Both the position numbers and the translations under genes were made by a program. From NCBI GenBank assembly GCA_951406725.2, contig OX597828.1:71486001-71550000 (forward strand): a stretch of 64,000 bases of DNA, given 5' to 3'. The notes beneath the pieces were generated by a model, which ran no database searches, was not told the DNA's origin, and saw only the letters and a list, made by a program, of their open reading frames with translations. The stretch is from Octopus vulgaris (lineage: Eukaryota). Positions 12,569 to 25,241 of this stretch are shown here, piece by piece. How positions within the stretch are numbered: position 1 is the first letter of the stretch; the number at the start of each line of letters is the position of its first letter.

Positions 12569-12671
12569 TGAACACTTTGGAAAGAGAACCAGTTCTGTGA
12601 TGTAATGTTGCAAAATGACTTTGTCTCTATTCTGGTCAATTTTAGCTGTTGTTTATTGTAAGATAACCAGT
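12569..12671 (+). pseudogene. Decayed duplicate of the BTB exon 3' half and its donor region
   Basis: Aligns to ~6702-6801 (ctttggaaag..aaccagttctgtgatg.aatgttgcaaaatga..ttattgtaagataaccagt); the GTAAGT donor is degraded. Confidence 0.85.
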
Positions 12672-13041
12672 GGCACACAAAATGCATCCAGTAAACCCTG
12701 TAATGTAGTTGGTGCTAGGAAGTCGTAGAAATCCTGCCAAAGCTGACCCTTGAACTTTACATGCGACCCCCTGCAACTCACCGGATTCTGTCCAACCCAT
12801 GCCAGTATGGGAGCTGGGCATTAAATGGGGATGAATCCTTGTGCAAGTGTGTGCTACTATAGTCCTGGGCCAGCCAAGGCTTATGCATGGACTGAATAGA
12901 TGGAAACTGCAGGAAGACCATTGCATGTTTATATATAACCAACAGAGTGCCACGATGTATACAATAGCGACTGTTTAGCCATTTTCACAAAAGTTTACTT
13001 CTAAAGTTAGCAGTCTGCTACTATAGTCTTGGTAACACTAG

Positions 13042-13074
<33 letters not shown>

Positions 13075-13149
13075 CACCTAAACACATATTATCTCCCCTA
13101 TTCTTTTAGTAATATGATTGTTTTTCCTTCATAATTTTCAATGTTATAT

Positions 13150-13446
13150 CATCATCGTTTAGCGTCCGTTTTCCATGCTAGCATGGGTTGGACAGTTCTA
13201 CTGGGGTCTGTGAAGCCAGAAGGCTTCATCAGGCCCAGTCAGATCTGGCAGTGTTTCTACGGCTGGATGCCCTTCCTAACGCCAACCACTCCGTGAGTGT
13301 AGTGGGTGCTTTTACGTGCCACCCGCACAGGTGCCAGACAGAGCTGGCAAACGGCCACGAACGGATGGTGCTTTTTATGTGCCATACGAGGGCCAGGCAA
13401 GGCTGGCAACGGACACGAACGGATGGTGCTTTTTACGTGCCATCGG
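13150..13446 (-). mobile_element. RTE 3'-end repeat flanked by a 75-bp direct duplication
   Basis: 13075-13149 is nearly identical to 13447-13521; the body is almost identical, inverted, to 13857-14050. Confidence 0.85.
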
Positions 13447-13856
13447 CACCTAAACACATATTATCTCCCCTGTTCTTTTAGTAATATGATTGTTTTTCCT
13501 TCATAATTTTCAGTGTTATATATATATATATATTCGGGGTTCAGTCCCACTGTGTGGCACCTTGGGCAAGTGTCTTCTATTATAGCCTCAGGCTGACCAA
13601 AGCCTTGTGAGTGGATTTGGTAGACGGAAACTGAAAGAAGCCCATCGTATGTGTATGTTTGTACCTCCACCATTGCTTGACAACTGATGTTGGTGTGTTT
13701 ATGTCCCCATAACTTAGTGCTTCAGCAAAAGAGACCGATAGAATAAGTACTAGGCTTACAAAGAATAAGTCCTGGGGTCGACTAAAGGTGGTGCTCCAGC
13801 ATGGCTGCAGTCAAATGAAACAAATAAAATATATATATAAATATATATATATACGT

Positions 13857-14050
13857 GCGGGTGGCACGTAAAAAGCACCCACTACACTCACGGAGTGGTT
13901 GGCGTTAGGAAGGGCATCCAGCCGTAGAAACACTGCCAGATCTGACTGGGCCTGATGAAGCCTTCTGGCTTCACAGACCCCAGTAGAACTGTCCAACCCA
14001 TGCTAGCATGGAAAACGGACGCTAAACGATGATGATGATGATGATGATGA
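13857..14050 (+). mobile_element. RTE 3'-end repeat (inverted twin of 13150-13327)
   Basis: The ORF track shows the same spurious peptide on opposite strands; (GAT)n tail. Confidence 0.85.
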
Positions 14051-14637
14051 TAAATATGAGAGATCACTTAACACTGAATTGGATTCAGCAAGGAAATCTG
14101 AAGTCAGCAAAGTTATCTCCCTTCCTCTGTTGCCTACGACAAAGGACGTTCTTGTGTGAAGAGAAGAAATAATGAAAATATCAGTGAGAAAATATGTAAT
14201 ACATCAAAGATTCGCTTCACTTTAAAGTTTAAAAAGTATTTTTACTTCATTGTAATTATCTCTCATTTGTATATTTTCCTTGGCTTTCTCTAATTTAACA
14301 TTCTTCATCATGACTGTTCCTGTATTGTCTCTTAACAATAGAATAGAAACCTGTTACATCTCTGTACTGGTTCCCCTCATTATCTTAACCATATTTCATG
14401 AGGCATGTACAACCTCTGATGAGACCCCAATAAAGTTAGAAAATCGATCAAGGCTGTTCATAACTTTTTTCAGTCTCTGGAGAAATATTTAAATTTGTTG
14501 TTTATATATCTACCATGTAGATTTACACACACACACACAAATGTTGTAGTTTGGTTTGGCAGAAAACAAAAGACGAAGGCAGGTGTGAGAACAGCAAGCA
14601 GGTGTATTAGTTTGATGCTTGGGAAGAATGGAGAAGT

Positions 14638-14673
14638 CTTCGACGTTTCGAGTCTCAGCTCTTCAACAGAAAG
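14638..14673 (-). ncRNA. Minimal hammerhead-like motif, variant core CUGUUGA
   Basis: Minus strand CTTT-CTGTTGA-A-GAG..CTC-GAAA-C-GTC-GAAG; related copies at 59668-59703 and 52079-52107. Confidence 0.45.
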
Positions 14674-15134
14674 GATTGAGAGGGAAAAAAATGGAGAAAG
14701 ATTATATTCTTTTGTTCTTTTACTTGTTTCAGTCATTTGACTGTAGCCATGCTGGAGCACTGCCTTTAGTCAAACAAATCGACCCTGGGACTTATTCTCT
14801 ATAAGCCTAGTACTTACTTTGTTGGTTACTTTTGCCGAACTGCTAAGTTACGGAGATGTAAACACACCAACATCGGTTGTCAAGCGATGGTAGGGGGACA
14901 AACACAGATACAGATACTCACAAGGCTTTGGTTGACCCAAGGCTATAGTAGAAAACATTTTCCTGAGGTGCAGTGTGTGTGTGTGTGTATTTATAAATGT
15001 GATATAAGATCGGAAAATACATTATATCTGATATAATGTTTCAGTATTTGAGATGTACCGCTTCTTAATATTATCTGATGCTAATAAATAGTTTAACAAC
15101 AACTAATGCCAAATGTTTCTTTTTATAATTTCAG

Positions 15135-16208
15135 GTGCATAAAATCCTCCTCATTGCGTGCTGTCCAAAAATCTTAGACACGTACGACTACATTATGAAA
15201 GACACCAACGTCCAAGTGTGTTTCCCCCGCAAAGTATCTGCTGACGCTCTCAGAGCCTTTGTTGATTACCTTTATAACGGGTCATTAAACTTAAGTAAAT
15301 CTATCCTCGACAGCATGGAGTACCTCTCAGGGATGCTGGGTTTGGATGATATTCGTCAACTGTGCAATCAATTTCGATTAGACTTATTTAATGATTCCAA
15401 TAATGTGCCTGACAAGACCATTGTAACTGTTAGCCACTCTCAGAATACTTCAGGGCTCCATCTTTCTTTGTCGAATCCCCCAGCCACACCACCGCCACCT
15501 ATAATTCGCCTCTCATCACAAACGACTTTGTCTGCAATGTCCACGACCAATATACAGATGCCATCTTCTTCTCCACACTACCAAGATAATCGGAGAGTAA
15601 GCTACTCACAGAAATCTTCAGAAAACAGATTTAATATTTTACCAGAACATTGTACAGATTCTGAGGTTTTAAATGTGAACTCAATAAAGTTAGAACCAGA
15701 AGTTGATTTGACGGTTGATGATTGCACGGAGGTGAAGCAGGAAATCGCAACGTACCAAAACAGCGAAGATTGTCAATTTGGTTCTTGGTCACAGATCGAT
15801 TCTCAGAGTGACGATTCGTTATCACATCGTAAAAAGAATGACTCTGTTAATTTTGACATCCAAACCACAGTTGATCTGAGTGTAACGCCTTTAAAATCTT
15901 TCACAAGTCATTCACAAAAGACTGCTAGCCATGATGACCCCGACTTGCAAAGTGTCATAACTATATCCCCTTCAAATTCTCCACTTCACTCCCCGACTTC
16001 TGTCGATTCTTCTCCTGATGTCCAGACTTTTGAAGTAGATTCAGAAACACCAAACCTAAAGACACATCTGAACCCTTACCCTGTCGGCTTAGTTATGGCT
16101 AACACACACAATCTCACATTAACAGAAAATAATAGGAAAAAAAGAAGCACTTTTGAAGATTTTGATGTAGATTTTGAGTGCAAAAAGTCTAAAATGGCAC
16201 TTCAGTGA
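15135..16208 (+). CDS. BTB/POZ gene terminal exon (rest of BTB domain plus disordered Ser/Asp-rich tail)
   Basis: Acceptor atttcag|GTG is phase 0 with the donor at 6767. VHKILLIACCP..FVDYLYNGSL..YLSGMLGLDDIRQLC is a BTB signature; stop codons TGA TAA TGA follow. Confidence 0.92.
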   Translation: MHKILLIACCPKILDTYDYIMKDTNVQVCFPRKVSADALRAFVDYLYNGSLNLSKSILDSMEYLSGMLGLDDIRQLCNQFRLDLFNDSNNVPDKTIVTVSHSQNTSGLHLSLSNPPATPPPPIIRLSSQTTLSAMSTTNIQMPSSSPHYQDNRRVSYSQKSSENRFNILPEHCTDSEVLNVNSIKLEPEVDLTVDDCTEVKQEIATYQNSEDCQFGSWSQIDSQSDDSLSHRKKNDSVNFDIQTTVDLSVTPLKSFTSHSQKTASHDDPDLQSVITISPSNSPLHSPTSVDSSPDVQTFEVDSETPNLKTHLNPYPVGLVMANTHNLTLTENNRKKRSTFEDFDVDFECKKSKMALQ

Positions 16209-16221
16209 TAATGAATTTGTA

Positions 16222-16492
16222 AATAAAGTTGTTGGTTGAATATTTTTCTTTTCCTGTTTACCATGAAAATAGCATTTAAGAATTGTGAAGATGATGAAGG
16301 ACACTACATCACATCTGTTTGATGTCTTAGGAAGGAAGTACTTGGACAGCCAAACAGACAGGAAGTTTCCAGTTTCTTTCAGTTGTAGATTCTTTCTTAT
16401 CCTGAAATCGAATTGAAATGGTTGATTGTTTGAAAATATATTTCAAACACAGTAACTGTTTGAAAATTATATATACATGCTGTATAAATAAA
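16222..16492 (+). terminator. Candidate polyadenylation signals
   Basis: AATAAA at 16222 and 16487, downstream of the stop codon. Confidence 0.4.
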
Positions 16493-17129
16493 CATTCTAA
16501 AGTGTGTATAAATAATTTTGAAGCACTCTAACTCTTTCTCTAAGATAATTAAAAAGTAACTTAACGAAGTCAGTTCATTTAAGTTTCATAATAGAGACTG
16601 ACTTTTGTGCAACTTAGTATAATAATAATACTAATGATGATGATGATAATAATAATATTGATAATAATAATAATACTAATGATAATAATAGATGTATGTG
16701 CCCGGTGTACCCTTATCAGACGGGTAGTCATGATGGGTATATTGGGCTTCGTATATTTTACCCCAGTGTCACTTTGATGGCATGAACTGCTCTCTCACTC
16801 AATAATAATAATAACAATAATAATGATGATAATAATAATAATAACAATAATAATAATTATATTTAAAGGATTGATGTTACTCCTCCAGAAAGTAAAGAAA
16901 CATATTCTGGTTCAGAGAACCATCTAGATAAAGACTGTTGATGAGTGATGCTGAAAATTAATTAGTCTTTAATGAAGTTTTAGGTTAATTGTAGTGAGGG
17001 AGTTCTTCTGGGATGGGTAGATGTCCTTTGTTTTTCTGGCAGCTTTCCTGAGATTGTACTCAAGTGGTCCCACTAGGATGGTATGGAGTTATTTTAGGTT
17101 GAACATTATTATTAGCAGCATTTTGTTCA

Positions 17130-17680
17130 TCTTTACATCCTGAGTTCAAATTCTACTCAGATCAACTTTGCCTTTCATCCCCTCTTGGGGGTCAATAAAA
17201 CAAATACCAGTCATGTACTGGGGTTGATGTAGTTGATTTAGCCCCTCTCCCAAAACTGCTGGCCTTGTGCCAAAATTTGAAACCATTATTATTATTAAAG
17301 GCAGCAAGCTGGTAGAATTGTTAGGGGGTTGGACCAAATGCTTAGTGGTATTTCTTTCAGCAAATTCTGCCGAGGTTGACTTAGACTTTTATCCTTTGAG
17401 AGGTGAGGCAACTGAGCCCTGTCCCTTCCACTGTAAATTTCTGGCCTTGTGCTTATAGTAAAAAGAAGGCAGTGATCCGGCAGAATTGTTAGCATGCTGG
17501 ATAAAGTGGTATTTCGTCTGTCTTTATGTTCTGAGTTCAAATTCTGCCGAGTTTGACTTTGACTTTTATCCTTTCGGGATTGATGAAATTAGTACCAGTT
17601 AAACACTGGGGTCAATGTAATCGACTTGTCTTTCCCCACAAAATTTCAGGCCTTGTGTCTCTAGTAGAAAGGGTTATTAT
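17130..17680 (+). mobile_element. Three tandem degenerate SINE copies
   Basis: Repeated gagttcaaattc..gactttgcctttcatcc..ggccttgtg motifs, two of them ending in (ATT)n. Confidence 0.7.
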
Positions 17681-18234
17681 TATTATTGTTATTATTATTC
17701 ATTACTGTCCAGACATCTGGAGACATAGATTGTGGCGCTCAGTCTGACTATATTGAAGCTGGAGGAGCCAACCTGAAGAATATATTTTGGAGGTTGAGGA
17801 TTACCATTTTTGCTGACCATAGAGAGGGAGTGACAGCTCAATAACACCATCGTCAAGAAGTGGTTTAGTCTCTTTCTTAATAAACATTACAAGTGGTGGA
17901 GAAAACTGGTCAGATTTTGTGGCATTTGGGTTACAAATTTTGCATCAGTATGCAGGGGTGGTCACTAGCGTAAGTTGAGCAAAAGTAAGGTTTGATTCAA
18001 TCCTCCTTTGACTGGATATATTACATAACCATGTTTCATCTTTAAACATTCACATTACTCTCTCAAAAGTAATTAATTATGCATTATCTCGTTTTGAGAT
18101 TTAATCATGCTTTATCTCGGTTTGAAAGACCGGATTTTGTCTGCTTGAACATAAAACAGAATATTTGGACTGGATATGACCATTTTAAATGGTAAAAGGT
18201 TAAGAAAGTCACATCTCCAAATTACATTCAGTGA

Positions 18235-18672
18235 CTGGCATCTGTGCTAGTGGAGCGCTAAGAGCACCATTCGAGCGTAATTGTTGCCAGAGCAGCTAAC
18301 TCGCTTCTGTGCCAGTGGCATGTAAAAAGCACCATTTGAGCGCGATCGTTACCAGCGTCGCCTTACTGGCACGTGACAAAACATTCGAGCGAGGTCGTTG
18401 CCAGTGCCGCTGGACTGGCTCCTGTGCAGTTGGCACATAAACAACACCATTTGAGCATGGCTGTTGCCAGTACCACCTGACTGGCCCTCGTGCCAGTGGC
18501 ACATAAAAGCACCCACTACACTCTGAGTGGTTGGCGTTAGGAAGAGCATCCAGCTATAGAAACTCTGCCAGATCAGATTGGAGCCTGGTGCAGCCATTTG
18601 GTTTGCCAGTCCTCAGTCAAATCGTCCAACCCATGCCAGCATGGAAAGCGGACCATAAACGATGATGATGAT
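18235..18672 (+). mobile_element. RTE 3'-end repeat with multi-unit internal array
   Basis: Several tggcac.taaaaagcaccatttgagc units, then the standard body and (GAT)n tail. Confidence 0.75.
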
Positions 18673-19539
18673 GAGTTCCCTGGCGTGCATCTGTTGTAGC
18701 AAAGCTGGTTGAGTTTGATGCTGTTTGTTTAGATTGATATCTTTGCTGCACAAGCGTAAGGGTCACAGTCAGAGCAAGGCCCAAAATAGCAATTTTATGT
18801 TTGGGATGATTGTTTATGACAGGAACAGTATAGTCATTTGCTCCTTTAGGGAGTTGGACCCTGTTTTTGCTACAGTTTGTTGTAAGGTATTGAGGGGAAG
18901 TCAAGACTGCATTTCTGTGACCAGTTCCCAGAGAGTTAGTTTCTATGATTCCGAATTTGATGCAGAGTTCTTAAAGGGTTACGTTTAAATTTTTTTTACT
19001 CGTTTCAGTCACAGGACTGTGGCCATGCTGGGGCACCGCCTTGAAGTGTTTAGTCAAGCAAATTGACCCCAGGGTTTTCATTTTTCTAAGGCTTATTCTA
19101 TCAGTCTCTTATACTGAACTGTCAAGTTACAGGGACATAAACAAACCAGCACTGATTGTCAAACAGTGGTGGTGGGACATGGCCACACAGTTACCATTTA
19201 CCAAAATCAGCCGGCCTGGGACTATAGTGAAAGATACTTGCCTGAGATACCGTGCTGTAGGATTGAACCTGAAACCACGTGGTTGCAAAAGTGAGTTTCT
19301 TACATACAGAGCCAAGCCTATGTGTTGTGTTTGGTGAAATGACATCCTGGAAATAAAGGAACCACTAACGTGCTTCTTGGAATACGTCAGCAGTTACAGC
19401 CTGAAATTGATAGTTTCTGGTCGGATTGTGTTGAATATCACAACTTAGGTTTCAGTTCCTCTTTTCACAACTGCAATTAGAAGCTACAAACAAAAAACAA
19501 ATAAATGTTCTCTTCTGCTATTTTATCCTTCTGCTATTT

Positions 19540-19965
19540 TATCGCTCTGCCAAATGTAAGGTTTATTTATTCATTGCTTTGAATTAATCTTGCATTATTT
19601 CACTGCTTCAAGGTTTCAATGGGATTGTTTATTTTTACAATGACATTGCAGGGTAGGTCTGAGAAGTCAGATCTAGTTGGTTATGAACATATAATCAGGT
19701 AGAATATTTTGGCCTGCTATGGCTGGATTAAATGCTAAAGGGTTGACCCCTTCGCATTCCGATTACTCCGTCAAATGTAATACTTATTAATTCCCATTGT
19801 TTTGAATTAATCATGCATTATCTCGTTGTTTAGAGATTTCAATGATGTGATGGTTCGATTTAGAATGACATTGTAGGGTAGGTGAGAGAAGCCAGATCTG
19901 GCCAGTTTGAACTTAAAATAGGTTGAATATTTTGGGCAGATATGGCCTGTTTAAAAGCTAAGGGG
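19540..19965. mobile_element. Two head-to-tail piggyBac-like MITEs (third copy ~18040-18203)
   Basis: Colinear repeats with CCCTT..GCATT / ATGCTAAAGGG-TT termini. Confidence 0.55.
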
Positions 19966-20455
19966 TGAAAGAAGATGTGTTTGACGGTTGGCATTGACGT
20001 AGTCCAGTCAACAATTTGCAATATGGCTTAAAATTGAAAATGCGATCAAATTGGTAAATAGAGTCTGTTGATGGGTGTGGAAATTCAGCCTAGAAAATAT
20101 TGGAATGTAGTTTCTAGTGCATCCACTCAGAACCGTATGTGATGAAGTACCATCAAAGCTATGTACTTGAAGAAATCTTTCCTGTGATGATGTTGTTGTT
20201 ACAATATTTTACCATATGAAGCGTTTCCTGGTTGATCTTGTGAAAATTACTATTTTTGTGTTTGACCTCAATATACTTTTGGGATGAACACAATCATCGT
20301 GTAATGTCCATGTTCTGTGCTGGCTGGCATGGTGGGATTGTACAGTATGACAGGATCATGCTCTATACTAGATGCTTTTTTGATGCCACTAACACTAGCG
20401 AAGTTGCCAGCTTGCGAGAGGAGGGAGGGCTTTTTGCTTGGAGATAGGGGCTTAA

Positions 20456-20662
20456 CCCTTTCGTTACCAACCTGGCTGAAATCGGCTCTGAGTTTTGTTT
20501 TCAAAAGTTTTGAATTAAAATCTTCCACCAAACCTTAGTCACAATTTATATTCCTAACACTCACTGAATGATAACCAAGTTATTTAACTAAATTCTTTGT
20601 TATATTTAAAGTAATTGAAAGAAACACAAAGCATCTCAAAATAAATACGGTAATGAAAATGG
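20456..20662. mobile_element. piggyBac-like MITE
   Basis: TTAA|CCCTTTCGTTACC ... GGTAATGAAAATGG|TTAA. Confidence 0.7.
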
Positions 20663-22910
20663 TTAAAGTATAAGGGAAGAGCAGGCATTTCATTAAAGAG
20701 GACCTCTATGGCTTCTTACATTTAGAATGGCAGCTGAGAATTAAAACAAGTTGTTTTATTTAGCTTAATATTCAATTTAAGTTAAAGTGGCGAGCTGGCA
20801 GAAACATTAGCACGCTGGGTGAAATGCTTAGCGGAATTTAGTTGGTTTCTATGTTCTGAGTTCAAATTCTGCTGAGGTTGACTTTGCCTTTCATCTTTCC
20901 AGAGACGATAAATTAAGTACCAGTCAAGTACGGGTCATTGACTAACCCCCTCCCCTAAAATGTCAGGCCTTGTGCCTTTAGTAGAAAGGATTATTATTAT
21001 TATTATTATTGAAGGGAGCTGACAATCGTTATTTTGTCTGTCTTTACATTCTGAGTTCAAATTCCACCGAGGTCGACTTTGCCTTTCATCCTTTCAGGGT
21101 TGATAAACTAAGTACCAGTTGTGTACTGGGGTTGATCTGATCGACATATTCCCTCCCCCAAAATTTCGGGCCTTGTGCCAAGAGTGGAAAAGAATATTCA
21201 AAATAAGTATCTGAGGCATGGATATAATGTAGACGTGTGCTCTGGTTACTAATGGTGGCTGTTAGTCTTGAACTAATGGAAAGCATAGAGCACCGCACCC
21301 AGTCCTCTGGGTTAGGAAGGGCATCCAGCTCTTGGAAACCATGCCAAAACAGACAAATGAAGCCTAGTGCAGCTCTCTAGCCTTGCCGGCTCTTGTCAAA
21401 CTGTCCAACCCATGCCAGCATGGAAAATGGACATCATCATCATCGTTTACCATCCGCTTTCCATGCTGGCAGGGGTTGGACGGTTTGGCTGAGGGCTGGC
21501 AAGCCAGGCAGCTGCACCAGATTCCGGTCAGATTTGGCAATGTTTCTACAGCTGGATGCCCTTCCAAATGCCAACCACTCTGAGAGTGTAGTGGGTGCTT
21601 TTTACATGTCAGCGGCACGAATAAGTGAAAAGAAAAGACTGGGGGCCAGAAGTGCAATAAGGATTTCTTAGCTGGTGACATAACCTAAAGGTTTGTTGTG
21701 GGATTGAATCAAACAAAGCTACATGAACTCCAGTTCCTGTTAATATGACGCAATTTTGTTTCTATATTAAAGTTTGTCTGATGATTGTGTATCAAATTGG
21801 AAATGAACTCATAAATGTGCTTAATTGGACTGACTTTGTATCAGTCATCTGTCACTAATGAGAGAGAGGAAAAAGGATTTGATGAGCGAACTACAATGGA
21901 TCTCAGTTGTTCAATGTTTGACTTCTCCATTGACATTAAATATAGCCCCATTACATCGTTGTATGACCCCCACCCCTTCACCTACTTAGGGTCTTGCTAC
22001 CCCAGGTCAATATTTTCACTAAAATAATTTCTAGTGGAAGCAAAAGGGAAACAAAGTAAGCTTTGTTTCTTTCTATTTTTGTTACCCGGTCACTTGATGC
22101 CTCTGTTGGTGCTGGTGCCATGTAAAAAGCTCTGGGAATGGTGCCACATGGCAAGCACCCTCTACCCTCTGCAAAGTGGTTGGCATCAAGAAGGGCGTCC
22201 AGCTGTAGAAACTGCGCCAAAACAGACTATAGGACTTGGTGCGGCTCATGGCCTTGCCAGCTTTTGTCAAACCGTCCGATCCATGCCAGCATGGAAAACA
22301 GACATTAAATGATGATGATGATGGTGACGGTGAGTTAGGTGGGAAAGAGAGGGTCTGAAAACAAAGGTGTAGGACATTCATAACCAATGCAAGAGAGGCT
22401 GACATCATGTGGCTGGATGCAGATGGTGGGGGTCGACTTGCTACCCAATGTGTTTGAGAGCAGAGGAGGAACTGAGGCAGAGATAGGAAGGAGGGGCACT
22501 GCCTGTGACCTTTGCAGGGCCCCTGAGAATTCTGGGATGGTGGGAAGAAGGTATCTTCAGATCAGCAGTCTGGTTTGAATGCTTGCATTAGAGTTGACTC
22601 GACTCCTCTAACGACACCCAACGAGTCAGGTGGAGGTGTTAAATCAGGCAATGGATGAAGTTCATCAACCAAGAAGGCCATGGATGGATTTTGAACTCAA
22701 AATATGAATAGCCAACACAAAGAAGCATCCTGTGTGACAATCTAATGATTCTGCTAGACTATATCCCCTTGTCTGATCCTTTATTGATTGCAGAAGGATG
22801 AAAAGCTAAGTTGATCTTGACAGGAATTGAACTCAGGACATAAAGAACTGGATCAAATGCTGCGTAGCATTTCATTTGATCCTAACACACTGATTCACCG
22901 CCTCAGCTCA

Positions 22911-23118
22911 ACAGAACCACTCGTTAAGTAACCACAGGCCCTGCTGCTCTTGCTTCCATAATACACTGCTGTTCCCATTGTATGTTATTAGACAAGGTTA
23001 ACATACTAATTAAACAGCTGTAATTAAAATAAAACTAATTAAATGAAAACATCAGTTTTAAAACAGGATCTGAATGTTAAGAAATTCAACAAACGAGAAA
23101 AGCAGAATCACTTAGAAG
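22911..23118. repeat. 208-bp segment with an inverted copy at 30083-30290
   Basis: Reverse complement of 30083-30290 with 2 mismatches seen by eye. Confidence 0.9.
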
Positions 23119-23214
23119 AATGGTGGATGGTTTCAGGCAAGTTGGGTGTCTATAGTTGGTTGGTTAATGTTGTAACAGGAGGCTAAGTGTGTAGGGCAGT
23201 TGTGCTCTCCCCCA

Positions 23215-24206
23215 TCAGAGCATTTTGGAGAGAGCCAAAAAGATGGAAATCAGTTGGTGCAAGGTCTGCTGAATATAGAGGATGGGGAAGAACATGTCAG
23301 GCCAAATCTAATATTCCACCCTGGGGGATTCTTGCTGAATGTGCATTATCATAAAGAAGCGCAACGTTTCTTCTATTGGCGAGTGCAGAGTGTTTTCATA
23401 AAAGATTTTCATGTTGCAACTGTTGAGAGTGTAGTTGGCGTTTAGAGTTTGATTGCAATTTAAGAACTCAGAATGAATAATACTGCAGTGATTGCACCAT
23501 ACATGCAACATAACCTTCCTTTTGTGGAGGTCAGCCTTTGAAATTGGTTGTGCAGATTTATTCTTGTCAGTCCACTGCCTTTTGTGTTGAACATTGTCAT
23601 AAAAGACCCCTTTTTCATCACCTGTAATGATTTTATTGAGAAGCAGGTAATTTCTCTGCCTTGAAAGAAGACTTGTCACTACGCACATGCAATTTCCCCC
23701 ATTCTTCTCACCAACAGTATGGAGAACTGGAACACCCAGCTTGATGACTTTTCCTATTTTTTTCCATGTGGTGGCAGATGGTGGATAGTGATATGTTGAG
23801 GACAACTGCTAATTCTCAAGCACTTTTATGAGGATTGAATTACAGTAATTCTCTTAAAGCCTCTTGACCAAAATCTGATGAGCATCCTGGTCTGAGTTGA
23901 TATCTCAATGGAAAATCTTCAGAACAAAACTTTGAAAATCAATTTTGCACTTGCTGGTCAGTAATGACACCTTGCTCATAAACACTGCATATTTCCTTTC
24001 CTCTTTCTATGGCATTTTTTCCATTCTTACACTCCTACATCACAAGTCGAATATGCACTTTAATATCCAAACAATGACATGCATACTTTCATTGTTTGAG
24101 ATGAATCACAGACGAGACTCTTTTAAGAACAGTCGTCTTCATTTCAGTTTTAAATGCATTGCTAAAATTTACTTCCAAAAAAGACAGAAATTATTTATGA
24201 CTCGAA

Positions 24207-24210
<4 letters not shown>
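23215..24210 (-). mobile_element. Decayed mariner (Mos1/SETMAR-like) transposon
   Basis: IITGDEKGVFYDNV..KRQW..LHKRKVMLHVW transposase motifs with frameshifts; TIR-like end at ~24210 followed by TA. Confidence 0.85.
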
Positions 24211-24248
<38 letters not shown>

Positions 24249-24492
24249 CGCCGCTCCGACTAGCCTCCGTGTCGGTGGCACGTAAAAAGCACCAACCGAT
24301 CGTGCCTCGCCTGGCACGTAAAAAACACCCACTACACTCACGAAGTGGTTGGCGTTAGGAAGGGCATCCAGCTGTAGAAACACTGCCAGATCAGACTGGA
24401 GCCTGGTGCAATCTCCTGGCTTCCCAGACCCCAGTTGAACCGTCCAACCCATGATAGCATGGAAAGCGGATGTTAAACGATGATGATGATGA

Positions 24493-24551
<59 letters not shown>

Positions 24552-24701
24552 TGTGGCTATGTCGTAAGATGTTTTTTCAATCACATGGTTCCAGGTTCTA
24601 TCCCACTGTGGCACTTTAAGCAAGTGTCTTCTACTATAGCCTTAGGTCGACCATAGCTTTGTGAGTGGATTTGGTAGACAGAAACTGAAAGGAGCCCGTT
24701 G

Positions 24702-24736
<35 letters not shown>

Positions 24737-25036
24737 TAATCTGTCTGGCACCTGTGCAGGTGGCACGTAATAAACACCCACTACACTCGCGGAGTGGTTG
24801 GCGTTAGGAAGGGCATCCAGCCGTAGAAACACTGCCAAATCTGACTGGGCCTGATGAAGCCTTCCGGCTTCACAGACCCCAGTTAAACCGTGCAACCCAT
24901 GCTAGCATGGAAAACGGACGCTAAATGATGATGGTGATGATGATGATGATGATGATATAATATATATAATATACATCATCATCATCATCATCTTTTAACA
25001 TATATAATATACATACATATATAATATACACACACA

Positions 25037-25077
<41 letters not shown>

Positions 25078-25241
25078 GGGTGTGTGTGATTGTGTATAGA
25101 AGAATATATTAATAAAAAGAATTCCAACCTTGTCTGATTTTCACGTTTTATTTACAATCTTATAATGATATATTATAAGATAATATATTATAATTGAGTA
25201 AAATAAAATGAAATAGTAGAATGTTAAATATTCATTCTGAT

